From a virus (lineage: Duplodnaviria; Caudoviricetes): a stretch of 38,689 bases of DNA. Within the stretch, counting starts at the first letter, position 1. Every line of letters starts with the position of its first letter. The position numbers and the translations under genes were made by a program. Positions 28,524 through 36,417 of this stretch are shown one piece after another. The notes below the pieces were generated by a model, which was not told where the DNA came from, searched no databases, and saw only the letters and a program-made list of their open reading frames with translations. Location of the stretch: the IMG/VR virus record IMGVR_UViG_3300010362_000051, positions 1-38,689 of that record; one strand, 5' to 3'.

Positions 28524-30404
28524 TTACGCTGCTCCTGCTACTTGCAGTCCAGCGTTGTTTCCTGATGCTATGCTTCTAACAAGATCTTGGCCAGACGTAG
28601 CTCCTGATGCCTGCTGTATTTGCTGTTGGCCTGGAGGCAAGGCTAGCTGTTGACCAAATTCCTGAGAAGTCATAGATCCTTCTTGTAATGGTTGAACTGG
28701 ATTTAGGGCAGTTGGGAAGAATCTTCCAAGATCAACTCTCTCAAATCCTTCAAATCCAAACTTAAGCAGTTCAACAAAATTGATTGCATTTGCTGGAATT
28801 AAACCAGCTTGTACCAAAGGAACTACAGATGACATAATGTATTGAACAAATTGAATCTGCTGCTGAGCTACCACTTCTGGATTACGCTTAGGAGCAGATA
28901 CAGTATCCATCCTAACATCAACTTCGTCCTTTAAGTCTTCCTCATTTACATTTACCCAAAATTCGCCTTGTGCCCCTCTGAGCTTAACTATTCTAGATTT
29001 AGTATATTGGGCACTAATATGTGCTGAAAGATGCTTACCCACTCTCAAGAACATCTTATCAATGGCAGCAATTCTTTCATTCAATTTCAGGCTCAGAATA
29101 TTTGTTCTAACTTGAACTTCCCCAAGCGTGGCACGACTTTGCAGATTCTCTCCTCTAGCTAGGGAATCTGCTCCTGTTGTTTCTGCTATGATTTGTTTCA
29201 TCATTTGCAAAAACAAGATGTAATCATGGGGAAGTTCTACATCCTGAATGGGAGTAATTGCATTTGACCTTTTAACAAACACAAAGTCCACATCAGGATC
29301 TCCAACTTTCTCTGCTTCATCTGCATCAATATCATCTTCTACAACTTGGAGTTGTCGTTTTGAATATCTCCTTCTATGATCTACTCCTGAAGTTATATGT
29401 CTGTTAAGTTCAAATCCCATATCTTCTGTAAATTCAGGAACTCCCATTCCATAGAACTCATTTGGCCTATAAATGAAGTCCATCTTAGTATATGGGAACT
29501 TGCTATCAAGATACGGATATGGATGCTCTATTACTTGCAAAGGTTCAGGAACTCCATCCATAAGGTACAATACTTGTTTATACTTATTGTCCCAAACTTC
29601 GTACATTCTACAAGTCTCTGATTCATAGTTCCAATAGCTTGAATCCTGAAGCCAAGCTAGATCTGAGTTATTAGCGTAAACACTGTTTAAGCCTTGAACC
29701 ATATTTGGCTTATAGATTCCATCAGCTATCTTCTCACGTACAGAAGCTTTATAGAATGTGTTCTCAACTACATCAGGAAGGTATTTATGATACTCCTCAA
29801 AACAAAACCTAGCCGTATCCAGATTCTTGCTAGGAGCAGAATAATCAAACCAAAACTTGCGAGGGTCAACTCTTTTGGCATAAATACTTTCTTTCTGTAT
29901 CATCTCATCATATTCAATATTTCCTGTTCCTTTATTGGCTGCTTGATCTACTACTCTTGTGAAACCATCTTTTGCTATACCATGGCCTATAATAATCCCA
30001 TCATAGGAAGACATAGTTAATTGATCTTGAATTTCCATTCTATGAAACTCATCATTCAAGACCTTCTGCTTAAGCATAACATTAACTACATCTTGAATTC
30101 TTTTAGGATCTAGAAAGTATGATGCTCTCTCATTGATAAGAAAAGGCATAATAGTCAAGATGGTAGAAGTGATAATAGGAAAGTTAATCCTATCAGATGG
30201 ATTGTCAGCAGATTTGTCATAATCATACTCTTCTGCATCTTCCCACATAAGCATGCTGTAGAGCCTATAGTATCTCTCCCACCTTCTTTCACCAAAGATA
30301 TATTCTTGCCTAAACCTTTGACAGGCACGAATACGTGTCCACCACATTGCCCAAGCAAGATCTCCAGTTCTTCTTTCTTTCTCTGTATAGCCTACTAATG
30401 ACAT
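28524..30404 (-). CDS. Portal protein
   Basis: 626 aa; GIIIGHGIAK, RVDPRKFWFD, FYGMGVPE, ETTGA....RG, ATLGEV, Gln-rich tail; lies between terminase and capsid. Confidence 0.9.
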   Translation of the reverse strand: MSLVGYTEKERRTGDLAWAMWWTRIRACQRFRQEYIFGERRWERYYRLYSMLMWEDAEEYDYDKSADNPSDRINFPIITSTILTIMPFLINERASYFLDPKRIQDVVNVMLKQKVLNDEFHRMEIQDQLTMSSYDGIIIGHGIAKDGFTRVVDQAANKGTGNIEYDEMIQKESIYAKRVDPRKFWFDYSAPSKNLDTARFCFEEYHKYLPDVVENTFYKASVREKIADGIYKPNMVQGLNSVYANNSDLAWLQDSSYWNYESETCRMYEVWDNKYKQVLYLMDGVPEPLQVIEHPYPYLDSKFPYTKMDFIYRPNEFYGMGVPEFTEDMGFELNRHITSGVDHRRRYSKRQLQVVEDDIDADEAEKVGDPDVDFVFVKRSNAITPIQDVELPHDYILFLQMMKQIIAETTGADSLARGENLQSRATLGEVQVRTNILSLKLNERIAAIDKMFLRVGKHLSAHISAQYTKSRIVKLRGAQGEFWVNVNEEDLKDEVDVRMDTVSAPKRNPEVVAQQQIQFVQYIMSSVVPLVQAGLIPANAINFVELLKFGFEGFERVDLGRFFPTALNPVQPLQEGSMTSQEFGQQLALPPGQQQIQQASGATSGQDLVRSIASGNNAGLQVAGAA

Positions 30405-30418
30405 GATTTAAACACTGT

Positions 30419-30679
30419 TTAAATTTCTTTGCCTATCAAATTAAAGTTTTGATCAAATGTCATTGCTGGAATTATAGATTGATAACCATCTTCATAAACC
30501 ACATAATAATTTCCAACAACTCCACTTGGACTATGCTTTAACAAAAATTCCATATCTATTTGGATTTTATCATATTCCTTATCAGTTGGAACCAAATAGA
30601 TAACATCACCATGATGCTCAACTCTATCAATAATAATCGCTCTGACAGGCTTGTGACATTCATATGCTGGTAAATTCAT
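30419..30679 (-). CDS. Conserved phage hypothetical protein
   Basis: YECHKPVRA...YYVVYEDGYQS..PA..F pattern common in phage genomes. Confidence 0.7.
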   Translation of the reverse strand: MNLPAYECHKPVRAIIIDRVEHHGDVIYLVPTDKEYDKIQIDMEFLLKHSPSGVVGNYYVVYEDGYQSIIPAMTFDQNFNLIGKEI

Positions 30680-31177
30680 TTAGGCTCCTACATTAAAACA
30701 CGTTACAAATTCTTCTCCATCATAAGCTACGGCCTCTGTAACTTCATTGATGAATGATGCGTTATTGGGGAGCTTGTCTTTAAAATGATCTGGTATAATT
30801 CCTTGTGACCAAAGATTATGTGTGTCAAACGTATGACCGTCTGTATTAGATTCAGTAGGAAACATATGAATAATAAATTTCCTTCCACCAAATCCATTAT
30901 ACTTTCCTGGCTTACGAAACAAACTATTCTTATGAGTTTGATAATGCCTACCTTCAATCCTGATACTGTAGATTTGAGGATCATCAATCATCTCTACAAG
31001 TTCTTGCCAATGGTCACAATGAGTACACAGATCAGGATATGTTAGATATCCTGTAATTATCTTACCTGTTGAATCTTTAGCACATCCTGCAAATCCATAA
31101 CAATGCTCATAATTTAAACACTGTTTAATTCCATCTAATTTTACGTCTTCTGGCATCTTTATTTTTACTATAGTCAT
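30680..31177 (-). CDS. Hypothetical protein (start uncertain)
   Basis: 165 aa; GFGGRKF...THNLWSQGIIP..F...LPNNA. Confidence 0.7.
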   Translation of the reverse strand: MTIVKIKMPEDVKLDGIKQCLNYEHCYGFAGCAKDSTGKIITGYLTYPDLCTHCDHWQELVEMIDDPQIYSIRIEGRHYQTHKNSLFRKPGKYNGFGGRKFIIHMFPTESNTDGHTFDTHNLWSQGIIPDHFKDKLPNNASFINEVTEAVAYDGEEFVTCFNVGA

Positions 31178-33062
31178 GTTTTATTCCACTTCTCTTATCT
31201 GATAGCATTACAATCCATCCCATTGTCCCTGGCCCTGGCTTCTCTACAACAGGAACTTCTGATTTAATATGAATTGATTTTGAAAGCTGTTCAGCTATTA
31301 ACTTGGCCATTACAAGATCGTCAAAGTTTCCAGCACTGGCTTGAATCTTTCCAGTTTTTGGATTCTCTGTGAATGTATCCATTTGTTCTAGAACTTCCAT
31401 ACTTCGTATAACAATGTATCCCGCCTTAAACCAAGTAATTCCATCCCTAACCATTATCTGTCTATTTGGCCCCTCAACATCCATCCCATACTTGATTCTA
31501 TTGCTAGAGTTTTTATCAAGGGGATCATTACCATATTGATAGTAAAGATTAGTGTATCTCAGAACTTTCCTGACATTCTCTATTACTGCGATACCAACAT
31601 TATTCCATTCAATACCAAGCAAAGCAGTATTATACCAATTACAGATAATGAACAACATTGCTGCAAATTCTGTAGCTTCTATCTTTCCATTAAAGCTTGC
31701 CACTTCAACAAGTTTATTAAGCTCAGTGGCAAATCTAAAAATAAAAAATGCAGAATCATCACTATCTGGCGTACCATGACTACAATCTGCTCCACAAACA
31801 TAATTAGCTCCTACTTGGGGAGGTTCATAAATTCTTATTGATCCTTTTGAGAATGGGAATAATACATCTCGAATTGTTGCGGCCCTGACATCAACTGGAT
31901 GACGGTAGCTAAATCTATGTGGTTTGATGCCAGAAGCCCTAAGAGTTTCCTTAGCTTCCAACAGCTTAATTGATCCAAAGACTGATTTCGAACTGACTCC
32001 AAAAGCATCTTGCACTGTTGTCGGATACTCCTGTTTGAAGGCATCTTTATCCCCTTCGCATTCTGCATCTATCATCTCCCTACGCCAAGCCAAACGACAA
32101 TAGCTTTCATGATGTAACCAAGCTTCATAAGATTTGGCTACCCTTCCAGGCATCTCATGTAATTGTGGGAAATCACCAAAGTTACCTACACGTAAACAGT
32201 GTTTAAATTCTTCCTCTGGATACCACTTCCTAAGTTCTCCTAAGATTTTCTGTCTTTCGACAACTTCATTACCATATTCAGAAGTTTCATCATCAAGCTC
32301 GGAGAGATCAAAATATTTAAAACTCCAATCAAGATTAAGCCTGTACTCGTCATCAGCAAGCCACGATACAAAAACTTTCTCATATTCATTTCTAGGATTA
32401 TCCCACATTTTTTTAGTATAGTTCTCTCCTTGTGCAGTAGACTCTAAAAAGATAGCAGTATTCTTTCTCCTTGGTATGGCTTGTTTCAAACCAATCATCA
32501 TCTTTTTGACATCAATCCCAATCTGAGGAAGTTGACATATCTCAGTTATCAAACAGCCATTCTTTGTATCTCCTCTACCTAAGTTAAGATCCTTAGCAGT
32601 TTGAACATCTAGGAATGTATTCAAGCCTGGATCTGTAACAGCCCCACTCTTGATGTCTTTTAATGGAGTAGCAAAATGAATTTGAGAAGGATTAAATTTC
32701 TTAACTCTAGGTCTAAGTTCTTCTAAGGAGTTTATATAAAAGTTTTGCCATCTGGAATTTAAGTTAATGGCAGCGTCGTCTGACTGAGCAATACCAAGAA
32801 TCTTTTTGTTAGCATTGAGAGAAGCTAACCAGTATAGGACTGCTGCAAAGAAAGTGGTAGATCCAAGTTGTCTGGCTTTTATGAGATAAATCCTGATTGG
32901 CTTGCCAGCAGCTATCAGTGTTAATATCAATGCCCAAAGAACTCTCTGCATACGATTAAGGACGAGAGGCACAAGCTTCCCATCCTTGTCAATAATTCTC
33001 AGATTGACTCTCGCATATGTAGGGAAATCATCCCTCAAGAGTTGTAGTTCTTTCTTCGTCAT
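31125..33062 (-). CDS. terL: Terminase large subunit
   Basis: LNRMQ, Walker A KARQLGSTT, ESTAQG, FKQEYP, nuclease GADCS.G..DSD.S, DDLVMA. Confidence 0.95.
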   Translation of the reverse strand: MTKKELQLLRDDFPTYARVNLRIIDKDGKLVPLVLNRMQRVLWALILTLIAAGKPIRIYLIKARQLGSTTFFAAVLYWLASLNANKKILGIAQSDDAAINLNSRWQNFYINSLEELRPRVKKFNPSQIHFATPLKDIKSGAVTDPGLNTFLDVQTAKDLNLGRGDTKNGCLITEICQLPQIGIDVKKMMIGLKQAIPRRKNTAIFLESTAQGENYTKKMWDNPRNEYEKVFVSWLADDEYRLNLDWSFKYFDLSELDDETSEYGNEVVERQKILGELRKWYPEEEFKHCLRVGNFGDFPQLHEMPGRVAKSYEAWLHHESYCRLAWRREMIDAECEGDKDAFKQEYPTTVQDAFGVSSKSVFGSIKLLEAKETLRASGIKPHRFSYRHPVDVRAATIRDVLFPFSKGSIRIYEPPQVGANYVCGADCSHGTPDSDDSAFFIFRFATELNKLVEVASFNGKIEATEFAAMLFIICNWYNTALLGIEWNNVGIAVIENVRKVLRYTNLYYQYGNDPLDKNSSNRIKYGMDVEGPNRQIMVRDGITWFKAGYIVIRSMEVLEQMDTFTENPKTGKIQASAGNFDDLVMAKLIAEQLSKSIHIKSEVPVVEKPGPGTMGWIVMLSDKRSGIKHDYSKNKDARRRKIRWN

Positions 33063-33249
33063 CTGAATTTAAACACTGTTTAAAAATTTCATTATCAATG
33101 AATAACGTTTCAACTTTAACTCTATTATGTCTAGTTACAGCAAGTTCATAATAGTTCTTAACTTGTTTCTCATTTATCATTTCAGATAAGACAGGCTTAA
33201 ACTTCTTTAGTGTCATATTAGCTATCTTCTCAAATTCTGAATCTGACAT
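33028..33249 (-). CDS. Hypothetical protein
   Basis: 73 aa overlapping terL start. Confidence 0.5.
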   Translation of the reverse strand: MSDSEFEKIANMTLKKFKPVLSEMINEKQVKNYYELAVTRHNRVKVETLFIDNEIFKQCLNSDDEERTTTLEG

Positions 33250-33266
33250 TTTTATCTTCTTTCAAA

Positions 33267-33405
33267 TTTAAACAGTGTTTAAGCTTTTCCCAAGTTAACG
33301 TTCAGAGTGCTATCTATGCCAGCAACTTGTGATCCCGTATCGTTCTAACACCGTCTGATAAAGGATTTGGTACGCTTGTACCTTAAAGCTTAAACACTGT
33401 TTAAA
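33267..33405. repeat. 21-bp perfect inverted repeat flanking 97 bp
   Basis: TTTAAACAGTGTTTAAGCTTT (33267-33287) and AAAGCTTAAACACTGTTTAAA (33385-33405). Confidence 0.85.
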
Positions 33406-33446
33406 CTCACTTCGTTCCTTTAAGGCCGAAATGAATTTCTGTTTAA

Positions 33447-33517
33447 ATTAGTCCCGACTAGTATCTAGTAGAATGATCCTTACAATGATGTACATCCTAC
33501 AAGCATTCGGAACTAAT
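33447..33517 (-). ncRNA. Candidate structured RNA
   Basis: Minus strand AUUAGUUCCGA/UCGGGACUAAU and GUAGGAUG/CAUUCUAC helices, with mismatches that are G-U pairs only on the minus strand. Confidence 0.5.
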
Positions 33518-33532
33518 ATTTCAAATAACTTT

Positions 33533-33580
33533 TAAAAGAAGTGGGAGAGGATTTAAACACTGTTTAAATTTCCCTCTCCC
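33533..33580 (-). terminator. Intrinsic terminator-like hairpin capped by the palindrome
   Basis: GGGAGAGG...TTTAAACAGTGTTTAAA.CCTCTCCC followed by ACTTCTTTT on the minus strand. Confidence 0.65.
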
Positions 33581-33632
33581 TAGTACTTGCTTAGTTCCCA
33601 CTAAACAAGGAGAATGCAAATAAACACACAGA

Positions 33633-33980
33633 CTAACTATTAGAAGGACGTACAACATAGTTCTGAGTGAATGGAAGATCTACAATCTTTTCTATCATAT
33701 GCTCAGAACAATTCTGATTAGAACACCAAACCACTTGCTTACCACGTCTTGGAACTTCAGAAACCATGAAATTTCCACAAGAGCATTGCCAACCATTAGA
33801 GGTAAAATAAATGGGAGTATTGTTATTTTTTGGAAGTTTCATTTCCTCCGCCAATTGATCCCCAGTTACAGGGGATTCACTATAATCAAATTCTTTTCTT
33901 GCTATTCCCATTGGTATATCCTCAATCCTTCCTACTCTCTTCTGATACAAATAAATTGGAACCTGTTGAAATTTAAACAC
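33633..33980 (-). CDS. Hypothetical protein with Zn ribbon
   Basis: GTG start inside palindrome, AAGGAGG 9 nt upstream; CSCG...CSNQNC. Confidence 0.7.
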   Translation of the reverse strand: MFKFQQVPIYLYQKRVGRIEDIPMGIARKEFDYSESPVTGDQLAEEMKLPKNNNTPIYFTSNGWQCSCGNFMVSEVPRRGKQVVWCSNQNCSEHMIEKIVDLPFTQNYVVRPSNS

Positions 33981-34007
33981 TGTTTAAATCCTCCTTACGT
34001 TCCTTTC

Positions 34008-34037
34008 AAAAAGTGGAGCTAGTCACATCCTAGCCCC
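34008..34037 (-). terminator. Intrinsic terminator
   Basis: GGGGCUAG-GAUGUGA-CUAGCUCC then ACUUUUU. Confidence 0.75.
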
Positions 34038-34068
34038 GTTCAAATGATGCCTGTCGTACTTGATGGGA

Positions 34069-34097
34069 AGTATACCATAACACAAGAGGCTTGTCAA
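34069..34097 (-). promoter_or_regulatory. Sigma70-type promoter
   Basis: TTGACA (34097-34092), 17 bp, TATACT (34074-34069) with extended TG. Confidence 0.8.
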
Positions 34098-34297
34098 GTA
34101 CTTTCTTTCTCAGAGATCTCAATAATATCAGATCTCTTTTTACATTCTTCCAATAACTCTAGAGCGATCTTCTCATCATACTGTTCACCTAGAACTATCA
34201 TCAACTCAACAAAGTTATCAAACACATATTCTCTAGATCCTTGCTGAACTATAAATCCATTCTCTACTTTTCTAATTTCTGATTTTGGATATTGCAT
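34094..34297 (-). CDS. Hypothetical protein
   Basis: MQYPKSEIRKVENGFIV...; ATG follows palindrome. Confidence 0.6.
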   Translation of the reverse strand: MQYPKSEIRKVENGFIVQQGSREYVFDNFVELMIVLGEQYDEKIALELLEECKKRSDIIEISEKEST

Positions 34298-34302
34298 AAA
34301 AT

Positions 34303-34422
34303 TTAAACACTGTTTAAATTCCAATAGCTTGTTAAAAATTCTACTGCCTTTGACCAATCCCAATCACGTTGATCATAATAGTCAATGAGCCTCTTGATAA
34401 ATTCTCTACGAGCCTTACTCAT
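34303..34422 (-). CDS. Small protein (not in ORF track)
   Basis: MSKARREFIKRLIDYYDQRDWDWSKAVEFLTSYWNLNSV; AAGGAG RBS; ends within palindrome. Confidence 0.6.
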   Translation of the reverse strand: MSKARREFIKRLIDYYDQRDWDWSKAVEFLTSYWNLNSV

Positions 34423-34898
34423 TTATTCTCCTTGCCCAGATAATAATTCTTGTCTCTACGTGATAATTCTTCTTTTGGTTGAATACTGTCTTCTATGGGG
34501 CGTGAGGCGCAGTCTCTACAAATCTGTACTCCTCCAAGATATGTCCCTAGTTTCTTATCACATATAGCACATTGGTCTACGTCATCTTCGTTTAGTATGA
34601 CAAGAGCTATGCCATTCATATCAAGCATCTCTCCTGATGCAGTTTCATGAAAAACGTGATAGTAACTTACAGCTAATAGACGTTGTTTGATTTCCTCAAA
34701 AGCTTCCTTGCTTATGGGAAGTGTGGCAAGTGAATGTGTTTGACGCATATTATTTTCCTTTCTGAACTTAAAACATTTATCATTCCAATCTTCTGTAGTT
34801 ATTGTTCCATGTCCCAATCCATTGAGATTACAAGGGCCATTATTTGGATGGTCTTTCCTATAGTCTCCACAATAACATATATCTCTTGGATGTCCCAT
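34419..34898 (-). CDS. Cys-rich hypothetical protein
   Basis: CYCGD...H..C, CAIC...CRDC. Confidence 0.65.
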   Translation of the reverse strand: MGHPRDICYCGDYRKDHPNNGPCNLNGLGHGTITTEDWNDKCFKFRKENNMRQTHSLATLPISKEAFEEIKQRLLAVSYYHVFHETASGEMLDMNGIALVILNEDDVDQCAICDKKLGTYLGGVQICRDCASRPIEDSIQPKEELSRRDKNYYLGKENK

Positions 34899-34912
34899 AA
34901 TTTAAACAGTGT

Positions 34913-35302
34913 TTAAATTTCTTGTAGTCGTTTACCTGTTGATACTTCTAATATGGAGGAGAGCCTGTAATCTAATCTGACAATAGATTCTCCATCGTCC
35001 AGGTCATAACGTCTGTACATTATGTGTGGTTCTAGTCTCCACATATCTACAAATCCTATGGGAACATCTTCTCTGAAGAATAGCCCAGTTCCTTTGTATG
35101 ATGTAAATTCAGGAATTACTTTAATTAACTCTCTAGTTTCTTTTATTCTGTTTTTTATTTCTTCAGTGTTATGTTCATCTTCATATGGGATGTATATACC
35201 TTTCTTGTACCAATCCCATTCTGCTGGATTCATAGCTATTACATCAGGTCTATAGATTCCCTGAATGAAATTGTTGTAGGCATTTGCTAATTGTTTGAAC
35301 AT
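34913..35302 (-). CDS. Hypothetical protein
   Basis: 129 aa, AGGAG RBS; stop supplied by palindrome. Confidence 0.65.
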   Translation of the reverse strand: MFKQLANAYNNFIQGIYRPDVIAMNPAEWDWYKKGIYIPYEDEHNTEEIKNRIKETRELIKVIPEFTSYKGTGLFFREDVPIGFVDMWRLEPHIMYRRYDLDDGESIVRLDYRLSSILEVSTGKRLQEI

Positions 35303-35481
35303 ATAACTCCTGCAACATAGACTAGGATATACATTCCAAACAGGAAGATAAAGTAGTCCAGGCGTTTGATGATCCTGTCTAGTTGATCTATTTTCTCATG
35401 TTGAATATCTCTTTCTTCTTGACTCATATGGGAGATATTCCAATTTCTTTCCTCTGCATCCCCTAATTGTTTATATTCCAT
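35287..35481 (-). CDS. Small membrane protein
   Basis: GGAGG RBS; C-terminal TM helix. Confidence 0.6.
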   Translation of the reverse strand: MEYKQLGDAEERNWNISHMSQEERDIQHEKIDQLDRIIKRLDYFIFLFGMYILVYVAGVICSNN

Positions 35482-35501
35482 GATCCCTCCAAATTTAAAC
35501 A

Positions 35502-35759
35502 CTATTCCATCGAGTTTACTTCGTAAACACTGTTTAAATTTAAATCCTCTATCATTTGTCTGAAATGACTTTCACTCCAGATAATAGTGACAGGTACATT
35601 CCTGAATCCCTCTGGGGCAGGTTCTTTACTAACTCCAGTCATTGCTATTAGTTTCTCTGTTCTATGGGGAGGTACATTACTAGAAAATATAATCCTAGCT
35701 TGTTCATTTTCATAGATTATCATTCCATCTTTAATTGTTTTTTTAAATTTATTTGACAT
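35502..35759 (-). CDS. Hypothetical protein
   Basis: 85 aa; AAGGAG RBS. Confidence 0.65.
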   Translation of the reverse strand: MSNKFKKTIKDGMIIYENEQARIIFSSNVPPHRTEKLIAMTGVSKEPAPEGFRNVPVTIIWSESHFRQMIEDLNLNSVYEVNSME

Positions 35760-35774
35760 ATTATTTCTCCTTAG

Positions 35775-35888
35775 CTATGGGAGGTTATTGTCCATTTTGT
35801 TTAGTAATTCTACTAATAGGTAAATTAAGATTAGCGCAGTTATAAAGAATATACCTATTATGATTTTGTTAGTTGTTTTATCTTTCAT
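35775..35888 (-). CDS. Small membrane peptide (not in ORF track)
   Basis: MKDKTTNKIIIGIFFITALILIYLLVELLNKMDNNLP; overlaps upstream stop. Confidence 0.55.
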   Translation of the reverse strand: MKDKTTNKIIIGIFFITALILIYLLVELLNKMDNNLP

Positions 35889-36417
35889 CTTCATCATCCT
35901 CAAAGATTGAATCAATATCAATCTCTCCTAAATGGGAGGGTACAGTTTGTTTAGTATCGGTAATTTCAAAGATATTACCAGAGGTCTTCTTCACTTCGTA
36001 AACAGTGTTTAAATTATCTTTAGTATGGGGAGTTACATCTTTTTCTTTTACTTCTGCGCTGTTATTTTTAAGTAATACTTCTAGAGATACTTTCATTCCT
36101 TCTGAACTATTATCTTTCCCATTACCAATTGCTTTAATTAACCTATCATATGAATCATAGAATTTAACTTCAGTATCTAGATCTCTAATTAAATGGGGGA
36201 TAGCTTTACTATGATATGCTAATCTCATTATAGACATACTGCTTGCGCAGATGTAATTATAGAATTCATCATTGTTAAGTATTTCTACTATTAGGGATTC
36301 TTCTACATCTAGTATATTACTTATTTCTCCTGGAGTAGATATTTCAGAAGTAGATATAACTTTAAGTATATCTTTCTCTAACTCACTTAACTCTTTCTTA
36401 ACTAAAGCATTACCCAT
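35878..36417 (-). CDS. HTH-like protein, candidate terminase small subunit
   Basis: ELEKDILKVI...TPGEISNILDVEESLIVEIL HTH-like pattern; first gene of the packaging arm. Confidence 0.4.
   Translation of the reverse strand: MGNALVKKELSELEKDILKVISTSEISTPGEISNILDVEESLIVEILNNDEFYNYICASSMSIMRLAYHSKAIPHLIRDLDTEVKFYDSYDRLIKAIGNGKDNSSEGMKVSLEVLLKNNSAEVKEKDVTPHTKDNLNTVYEVKKTSGNIFEITDTKQTVPSHLGEIDIDSIFEDDEDER

Noticed and set aside
33350-33390. Possible hammerhead ribozyme core (CTGATAA)
   Set aside because: Lacks the CUGAUGA...GAAA core and flanking helices.
12400-35255. Many + strand ORFs within the leftward arm, and - strand ORFs within the rightward arm
   Set aside because: Antisense shadows of long real genes, with no RBS or recognisable motifs.
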